Positions 57,792 to 64,000 of a stretch of 64,000 bases of DNA are shown here, one piece after another. The stretch is from Polyangiales bacterium (GTDB lineage: Bacteria > Myxococcota_A > Polyangia > Polyangiales > Polyangiaceae). Position 1 is the first letter of the stretch. The number at the start of each line of letters is the position of its first letter. The stretch lies in contig JBBRLQ010000012.1 of NCBI GenBank assembly GCA_038231275.1, forward strand, positions 1 through 64,000, in the 5' to 3' direction. The position numbers were made by a program, and so were the translations under genes. The notes under the pieces are model-generated. The model searched no databases, was not told the origin of the DNA, and was given only the letters and a program-made list of their open reading frames with translations.

Positions 57792-58696
57792 GACGATTTG
57801 GCGGTGGCGCGCGGCGCGCGGCCCAGGTGCGCGAGGAGGAGCGCGTTCACCTCGTTCGGCGCGTCGATCTGCACCCAGTGCGACGCGTTGGGCAAGAACT
57901 CCACGCGCGCGTCGGGGACCCAGCGCGCGTCGGGGCGAGCCATCTCCTTGCCGAGGAACGCGTCCTGCTCTCCCCAGATCACGAGAGTGCTCGCCGGGAT
58001 CGGACGGTACGCGGGGACACGCCCGCGAGCGGCGCCCTGGAGCGCGGCGCGGTAGTAGTTGAGGGGGCCGTTCAGGTTGCGCGCGCGACGCGCGGCTTCG
58101 ACGTACTTGTCCACGTCGGCGCGGGGGTAGCCCTTGAACGTGCGCCGCAGGAAGTCGAAGTCCTTCCGCGACAACACACGCTCCGGGATTCCCGGGAGCT
58201 GGAAGAGGAACATGTACCAGCTCTTCTTCAGCTGCGCGGGGCGCCGGAGGCCCTTCAGCATCTCACGGGGATGCGGCACGTTGAGGATCACGAGGCGCTC
58301 GGTCATCTCGGGGCGACGCATCGCGAACTCCCACGCGACGAAGCCACCCCAATCGTGGCCGACGACGTGCGCCCTTTCGCGGCCGAAGGCGCGGAGGAGG
58401 CCAGCCACGTCGCCGACGAGCTTCTCGATCCGGTACGCCTCGATGCCGAACGGCTGATCGCTCAGGTTGTAGCCGCGCATGTCGGGGGCGACGACGCGGT
58501 AGCCCGCCGCCGCGAGCGCGGGGATCTGATGACGCCACGACCACCAGAACTCGGGGAAGCCGTGGAGGAGGACCACCAGCGGCCCAGACTCCGGCCCCGC
58601 GACCGCGCAGTGGAGCCGGAGCTCACCGACGTCGACGTGCACGTGTGAAACGACCGGCACGGAGGGCGTGGTGGGATCAGGGGCGGCCGTTTGCAT
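57788..58696 (-). CDS. Alpha/beta hydrolase (epoxide hydrolase-like)
   Basis: HGFPE, GHDWGG, NYYR, WGEQD, SHWV. Confidence 0.92.
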   Translation of the reverse strand: MQTAAPDPTTPSVPVVSHVHVDVGELRLHCAVAGPESGPLVVLLHGFPEFWWSWRHQIPALAAAGYRVVAPDMRGYNLSDQPFGIEAYRIEKLVGDVAGLLRAFGRERAHVVGHDWGGFVAWEFAMRRPEMTERLVILNVPHPREMLKGLRRPAQLKKSWYMFLFQLPGIPERVLSRKDFDFLRRTFKGYPRADVDKYVEAARRARNLNGPLNYYRAALQGAARGRVPAYRPIPASTLVIWGEQDAFLGKEMARPDARWVPDARVEFLPNASHWVQIDAPNEVNALLLAHLGRAPRATAKSS

Positions 58697-58734
58697 AGGC
58701 GGTGTTCTACAGCGGGGCGCGCTATCATGGAAGC

Positions 58735-59727
58735 ATGGGGCGTGGGCGGGCGATCCTGGCGGCGACGTGGGTCGCGTGCGCCTCGGCGGCGTGCGGCCTC
58801 GAGCTATCGGGCGGGCTCATCCCCGACGACGGGAGCGACGCGGGCTACGACGGAAGCACTAGCGGCGACGGCACGATCCCGGGCGACGGCAGCGTCAGCG
58901 ACGCGACCGGCGGAGGCGACGGCGCCAACGGAGGCGATGGCGCGAGCAGAGGCGACGGCGCCGGCGGACGCGACGCACGAGCCGACGCAGGCGCGGACAC
59001 CGCGCCCCCGTACGATGCCGCCGCCGCGTGCGGCCAATGCGCCACTGCCGGCGGAACGTGCCAGGGCGGCACCTGCGTCTTTTCGTGCACGACCAACGGA
59101 GCGTGCCCGAGCAAGATCGTCTGCCCCGCCGGCATCCCGTGCGACGTCCGGTGCACAGGCACCAGCGCGTGCGGCAATGGTATCGACTGCAACGCCGCCG
59201 CGTCGTGCACGATCGACTGCAGCGGCCACACCTCCTGCCCCGGCACCATTGGATGCGGCGGGAGCGCGTGCAGCGTCGCGTGCGGCGTCGGGGTCCCGAA
59301 CGGAACGAACACGCAGTGCGGCAGCGCGATCACCTGCACGGCGACCGACTGCACCATCCAGTGCCGTGCGCACGGCTCGTGCCCCTCGACCGTGGCGTGC
59401 ACCGCCAAGAGATGTGCGATCGAATGCGGTGTCGACGCAGGCAGCGGCGCGAACAACCAGTGCGGCACCGGCGTCACGTGCACGGCCTCCGAGACGTGCC
59501 GCATCGCGTGCGCCTCTCACGGAGCATGTCCGGCGCCCACCGTCGCGCGCGCCGACGCGGCGACCATCGCGTGCTCGGGTGACATGTCGTGCGGGAGCAA
59601 GGTGACGTGCATCGGGCAGGCGTGCGAGATCGACTGCTTCACGGGAAGCCCCAAGGCGTGCACGGCGGGCGCGTGCTGCGACGCGGGGACGTGCACGCTG
59701 AACGGCGTCACGAGCTCGTGCCCATGA
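58735..59727 (+). CDS. Cys-rich lipoprotein with repeated C-x3-C units
   Basis: Lipobox SAAC, Asp/Gly/Ala linker, periodic Cys repeats (C.I.C.....C....C). Confidence 0.75.
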   Translation: MGRGRAILAATWVACASAACGLELSGGLIPDDGSDAGYDGSTSGDGTIPGDGSVSDATGGGDGANGGDGASRGDGAGGRDARADAGADTAPPYDAAAACGQCATAGGTCQGGTCVFSCTTNGACPSKIVCPAGIPCDVRCTGTSACGNGIDCNAAASCTIDCSGHTSCPGTIGCGGSACSVACGVGVPNGTNTQCGSAITCTATDCTIQCRAHGSCPSTVACTAKRCAIECGVDAGSGANNQCGTGVTCTASETCRIACASHGACPAPTVARADAATIACSGDMSCGSKVTCIGQACEIDCFTGSPKACTAGACCDAGTCTLNGVTSSCP

Positions 59728-59853
59728 CGGCGTGAGGGGCAGCGGCGCACGGGGCGCTCGTTGTGTTTCGCCCACGTGTCGAAGGCGTTTCGTGAGGACG
59801 CGCGGCGACGGATTCACTCGCCGGGACGCGCGCCGAACCCCTATACGAACGCC

Positions 59854-61059
59854 ATGAGCTCCCCGCCGATCGGCATCGACGCCCTCGCCCTCGCGGTCCC
59901 CGAAGGGTACCTAGAGCTCGCCGAGCTGGCGGGCGCGCGCGGCGTTCCGAAGGAGAAGTATGTCGATGGCCTCGGCGTGCGCCGCATGGCGATCGCGCAG
60001 GCGCACGAGGATCCCGTCGCGCTCGCCGCCGACGCGGGGCGGCGACTCTTCGAGACGGCGCGCGTCGATCCGGCCACCATCGGGCTCGTGGTCGTCGGGA
60101 CCGAGACCGCGGTCGATCATAGCAAGCCCATCGCCGCGTACCTCCACGGCATGCTGGGGTTGCCGCGCGAGTGCCGCGTCTACGAGACGAAGCACGCGTG
60201 CTTCGGCGGCACGGCGGGACTGCTCACCGCGCACGATTGGATCGCCTCTGGGAGCGCGCGGGGCCGGAGCGCGCTCGTCGTGTGCACCGACATCGCGCGG
60301 TACGAGCTGGGCGGCGCCGGAGAGCCGACGCAGGGAGCCGGCGCGGTCGCGATCCTCGTCACGGAGTCGCCGCGCCTCTTCGCGCTCGATCGCGGGGTCA
60401 CCGGGTCCTTCGCGCGCGACGTCTTCGACTTCTGGCGTCCGCTCGATCGCAAAGACGCGATCGTCGACGGGCGGCTCTCGGTGCAGTGTTACCTGGACGC
60501 GCTCGCCGGCGCGTACGACGCGTGGACGCTGGCCTGCGCGCGGGCTGGGATCGACACCGCCGACGTCGCGCGCCGCTGCTACCACGTGCCGTACGGCAAG
60601 ATGGCGCGCAAGGCGCACCGGCACCTCGCGGCGCTTCGCGGTCTCGACGAGGCGCAGGCCGACGCGAGCTTCGCGACCGAGGTTGCCTCTTCGCTCCGCT
60701 TCTCCGCCGAGGTCGGGAACGTCTACACCGCCTCGCTGTATTTCGCGCTCGCGTCGCTGCTCGACGCGGAGGCCGCGGCGCTCGACGGTGAGCGCGTCGG
60801 ACTCTTCAGCTACGGGTCGGGGTGCTGCGCGGAGTATTTCTCCGGCACGGTCGTGCCGGGCGCGGGTCTCTTCGCGCGCGCCCTCGCGCTCGCGGCTCCG
60901 CTCGAGGCGCGCCGATCGATGAGCGTCGCCGGGTACGAGGCGGTCCGGCGCGCCGACGCGCACGCCGATCGACGCGGCGTCGATCCCGCGCGGGTCCTCC
61001 CTGCCGGGCGCGCGGCGTTCATGGGTGTCGAGGGCCATCGGCGCGTCTATCGCGCGTGA
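59854..61059 (+). CDS. Hydroxymethylglutaryl-CoA synthase family protein
   Basis: GTET.VDHSK, ETKHACFGGT, GEPTQGAGA, HVPYGKM, GNVYTAS, FSYGSG. Confidence 0.9.
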   Translation: MSSPPIGIDALALAVPEGYLELAELAGARGVPKEKYVDGLGVRRMAIAQAHEDPVALAADAGRRLFETARVDPATIGLVVVGTETAVDHSKPIAAYLHGMLGLPRECRVYETKHACFGGTAGLLTAHDWIASGSARGRSALVVCTDIARYELGGAGEPTQGAGAVAILVTESPRLFALDRGVTGSFARDVFDFWRPLDRKDAIVDGRLSVQCYLDALAGAYDAWTLACARAGIDTADVARRCYHVPYGKMARKAHRHLAALRGLDEAQADASFATEVASSLRFSAEVGNVYTASLYFALASLLDAEAAALDGERVGLFSYGSGCCAEYFSGTVVPGAGLFARALALAAPLEARRSMSVAGYEAVRRADAHADRRGVDPARVLPAGRAAFMGVEGHRRVYRA

Positions 61060-61101
61060 GCCTCGCGACGGCGCCGCGGGGCGCGCTATACGTCGACGAC
61101 A

Positions 61102-62211
61102 ATGGCGATCGGGGCGCACGCACGCAGAGCGGCGATCTTCACGGTGCTCGCCGCGCCGGCCACCGCGCACGCGCAGCCGTCCGCGCCAGGTGTGATCGAC
61201 GTCGAGTGGCGCGCGCCGGCCGGATGCCCAAGCGCGGCGGATCTGAAGGCAGAGGTCGCGCGCATCGTCGGCCAGGCGCCTGGCGCGCGCCGATCGGTGG
61301 TGGCGCGCGGGGAGGTCGAGAAGACGGACCGCGGCACGTGGCGTGTGGTGCTCACGACGCGCGCCGACGACGCGCCGGGGCGGCGAACATTCGAGGCGGA
61401 GACGTGCAGGGCCGCGACCGACGCGGCGGCGCTGATTCTGGCGATCACGGTAAACCCTCTCGCCACACCGGAGCCGCCGCCGGTAACTCCGACTCCCCCG
61501 CCGCCTGCACCGACTTCGATGCCGACGCCGACTCCGACCCCGACCCCGACGCCGACTCCGACCCCGACCCCGACCCCGACTCCGACCCCGACTCCGACCC
61601 CGACCCCGACCCCGACCCCGACTCCGACCCCGACCCCGACGCCGACTCCGACGCCGACTCCGACGCCGACTCCCTCCTTGTCCTTCCCCCCTTCCCACCT
61701 CGGCGTCGGTGCCTCCTTGGGGATGGAAACCGGCACCCTCCCCTCTGTCGCGGTCGGTGCGCAAGCCTCCCTCGCGTGGCTCCTCGGCGACGCTCGTCTC
61801 GAGATCGCGGGGGCCTACTGGGCGCTGCAGCAGGCGACGGCGGCGACCGGGTCGGGCGCGGGGTTGCGACTCGTCACGTTGGGCGCGCGGGTGGCGTATG
61901 CGTGGCGCGCGGGGCCGATTCACGTCGGGCCGCTCGCGGGAGCAGAGGTCGACGCGATGAGCGCCGAGGGATTTGGCGGGGCGGCTTCGTTTCAAAAGAG
62001 CGCGACGTGGGCGAGCGTCGTCGCGGGAGGGCTCGCGACCTGGTCGCCATTTTCGCGGATCGCGTTGCGCGTCGGGCTCGAGGCGGCGATTCCGCTGGCG
62101 CGGCCGTCGTTCGTGGTCCTCGAGCCCGCGCCGTCCCCGCCGATCGAGGTGCATCGCCCGGCGGCGGTCGCGGGACGGGCGTTCGTCGGGGCCGAAGTGC
62201 GCTTTTTCTGA
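61102..62211 (+). CDS. Exported protein with an N-terminal Cys domain, long Pro-Thr linker and beta-barrel-like C-terminus
   Basis: Signal (AHA); WRAPAGCP; (PT)n; terminal FF. Same architecture as 42184-43200. Confidence 0.7.
   Translation: MAIGAHARRAAIFTVLAAPATAHAQPSAPGVIDVEWRAPAGCPSAADLKAEVARIVGQAPGARRSVVARGEVEKTDRGTWRVVLTTRADDAPGRRTFEAETCRAATDAAALILAITVNPLATPEPPPVTPTPPPPAPTSMPTPTPTPTPTPTPTPTPTPTPTPTPTPTPTPTPTPTPTPTPTPTPTPTPTPSLSFPPSHLGVGASLGMETGTLPSVAVGAQASLAWLLGDARLEIAGAYWALQQATAATGSGAGLRLVTLGARVAYAWRAGPIHVGPLAGAEVDAMSAEGFGGAASFQKSATWASVVAGGLATWSPFSRIALRVGLEAAIPLARPSFVVLEPAPSPPIEVHRPAAVAGRAFVGAEVRFF
61522..61674 (+). repeat. Coding hexamer microsatellite (CCGACN)n, about 25 Pro-Thr units
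   Basis: Seen directly. Confidence 0.9.
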
Positions 62212-62254
62212 CGGATTGCCCCGCGGCCGGGCACTGCTACATGGACCCGTGCCG

Positions 62255-62893
62255 ATGGCTGCCGCAGTTCCCGTTCTCACCCCCAACGCCGACCGCGCGC
62301 ACCTGGCGATGCCGGCGCTCGTCTTCGCGGACGTCTATCGGGAAGAGTTCGCCTTCGTGTGGCGGAGCGCGCGCGCGCTCGGTGTGAAACCGCCGGCGCT
62401 GGACGACGTCGCGCAGGAGATCTTCGTGGTCGTTCACAGGCGCCTGACCGAGTTCGCCGGGCGCTCGACGCTCCGAACGTGGCTGTCGGGCATCGTGCTC
62501 AACGTCGTGCGGCACCATCGGCGCTCGGTGGCGCGGAAGAGCCCTCACGAGCTGTCGCGCGAGGAGCCCGCTGATCCCGCGCTCCTCCACGCGCGCGGGC
62601 GCGATCCGCACGAGGCGGCGGAGCTCGCGGAGGGGACGCGCCTGCTCCAGCAGATCCTCGACGAGCTCGACGACGACAAGCGCGAGGTGCTCGTGCTCGC
62701 GGAGCTCGAGGAGCTGCCGATCCGCGAAATGGCGGAGGCGCTGGGGCTCAAGCTCAATACCGCGTACTCGCGCTTGCGCCTCGCGCGCGCCGACTTCGAC
62801 GAAGCCCTCGCCCGCCACCGCGCGCGCGACGCGAGCCGGTTGACGCGGGCGAGCCAGGCGAGCCACACGAGAACCAATGGGAGGCGACCGTGA
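62255..62893 (+). CDS. ECF RNA polymerase sigma-70 factor
   Basis: FVWRSAR.LG..DDVAQEIF..RTWL; region 4 LVLAELEE...NTAYSRLR. Confidence 0.92.
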   Translation: MAAAVPVLTPNADRAHLAMPALVFADVYREEFAFVWRSARALGVKPPALDDVAQEIFVVVHRRLTEFAGRSTLRTWLSGIVLNVVRHHRRSVARKSPHELSREEPADPALLHARGRDPHEAAELAEGTRLLQQILDELDDDKREVLVLAELEELPIREMAEALGLKLNTAYSRLRLARADFDEALARHRARDASRLTRASQASHTRTNGRRP

Positions 62894-63681
62894 GCGAGCT
62901 GGATCCCGAGGGCCGCGCGCTGTTTCGTGGCGCACGAAGGGACCTCGCGCCGAGCGAGGCGGACCGCGCGCGCGTGGAAGAGGCGCTGGCGGTGCGCTTC
63001 GGCGTGGCGGCGGCCGCGGGCGCGGCGGTCGCGGGAGCGGCAACGTCGGCATCGGCCAGCGTCGCACCGGCGGCGGCGGGCATCGTGGGAGTAAGCGGGG
63101 GCGCGACGACGGCGGGCGCCGCGGCCACGGCGGGCGGAGCCTCCGCGCTGCTCCTCGCGACCAAGTGGGTGGGCGCCGCTGCACTCGTCGGCGTCCTCGG
63201 CGCGACCGGCACCGCAGCGTACCGCGCGACTTGGAGATCGACCTCGACCTCGACTCCGACCTCGACTCCGACTCCGACCACGACCACGACCCCGACGCCG
63301 ACCCCGACGCCGGCGCCGACCCCGACTCCGGTCGTCATGGCTCCCCCGCCCCGCGAGCAGGAGACACCTCGCCCTCGCGTGGCTCGCGCCGCCGCTGCGA
63401 CCGCCGGCTCCGTCGGCGACGAGACGCGCATGATCCGCGACGCCGACGCTGCCCTGCGAAGCGGCGACGCGGCGCGGGCGCTCACGCTCCTCGACGCGCA
63501 CGCGCACAGCTACCCCAACGGGGTTCTGGCCGAGGAGCGCGCCGTCGAGCGTATCTTCGCGCTGTGCAAGCTGGGCCGGGACGACGACGCGCGACGCGAG
63601 GGCCACCGCTTCCTCGACGCGCATCCCGAGTCGCCTCTCGCGGGGAGCGTCGCCGCGTCGTGCGCGGGCCCGCGCCGCTGA
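62890..63681 (+). CDS. Putative anti-sigma factor (TM, Pro/Thr linker, TPR-like C-terminus)
   Basis: GTGA overlap with the sigma gene; HAHSYPNGVLAEER...FL..HP.SP. Paralogous to 40908-41639. Confidence 0.7.
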   Translation: MSELDPEGRALFRGARRDLAPSEADRARVEEALAVRFGVAAAAGAAVAGAATSASASVAPAAAGIVGVSGGATTAGAAATAGGASALLLATKWVGAAALVGVLGATGTAAYRATWRSTSTSTPTSTPTPTTTTTPTPTPTPAPTPTPVVMAPPPREQETPRPRVARAAAATAGSVGDETRMIRDADAALRSGDAARALTLLDAHAHSYPNGVLAEERAVERIFALCKLGRDDDARREGHRFLDAHPESPLAGSVAASCAGPRR

Positions 63682-63782
63682 CGCGCGACGGTGCACGAGA
63701 ACGCGGCGTCACTTTTTCGTGACGGACGAGCCTCGCGCCGGGCACTCCCCTCATGAGACTTTTCTTTCGAAAGGACCGTCAC

Positions 63783-64000
63783 GTGAAAAGAGCCCTCTTT
63801 CTTAGCGCGCTCCTCGTTCCTTCCATCGCGATCGCCGCGTGCAGCGGCGGGGTCGTTCCCGTCGCGCAGGACGCGGCCGACGGAGGCTCCGCCGGCTCGT
63901 CGAGCGGCACCAGCGGCACCAGCAGCAGCGGCAGCAGCGGCGCGAGCAGCAGCGGCAGCAGCGGTACCAGCGGCGCGAGCGGGAGCGGCAGCAGCGGGGC
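63783..64000 (+). CDS. Putative lipoprotein, 3'-truncated by the window edge
   Basis: AAGGA RBS; GTG start; lipobox IAAC; Ser/Gly-rich linker runs off the end. Confidence 0.7.
   Translation, partial: MKRALFLSALLVPSIAIAACSGGVVPVAQDAADGGSAGSSSGTSGTSSSGSSGASSSGSSGTSGASGSGSSG

Overview
This is a very high-GC, gene-dense window. It most likely comes from a myxobacterium of the Polyangiales/Sorangiineae type, inferred from Cys-rich lipoproteins, repeated ECF sigma/anti-sigma modules, a DUF1501 pair and HMG-CoA synthase. About 65 CDS can be supported. Recognisable genes include rnhA, POT and OPT peptide transporters, apbE, phrB, msrA, a KirBac channel, sthA, a dispersed eukaryote-like urease system (fused gamma-beta, ureC, ureF, His-rich ureG, remote ureD, no ureE seen) and a full-length CMP-Neu5Ac hydroxylase (CMAH)-like gene. 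The standout locus is about 52.9-57.1 kb. A circularly permuted tRNA-Lys(CUU)-like RNA (YrlA/Y-RNA topology, but keeping an intact anticodon loop) lies directly upstream of four co-oriented genes: a divergent Ro60-like TROVE-vWA protein, a protein with an E2-like Cys motif, an 80-aa Gly-ending ubiquitin-like candidate and a ThiF/E1 enzyme. This is a candidate Ro/Y-RNA-coupled ubiquitin-like conjugation system. No transposase, integrase, rRNA, canonical tRNA or CRISPR array was seen. All family calls come from motif recognition by eye; no searches were run.
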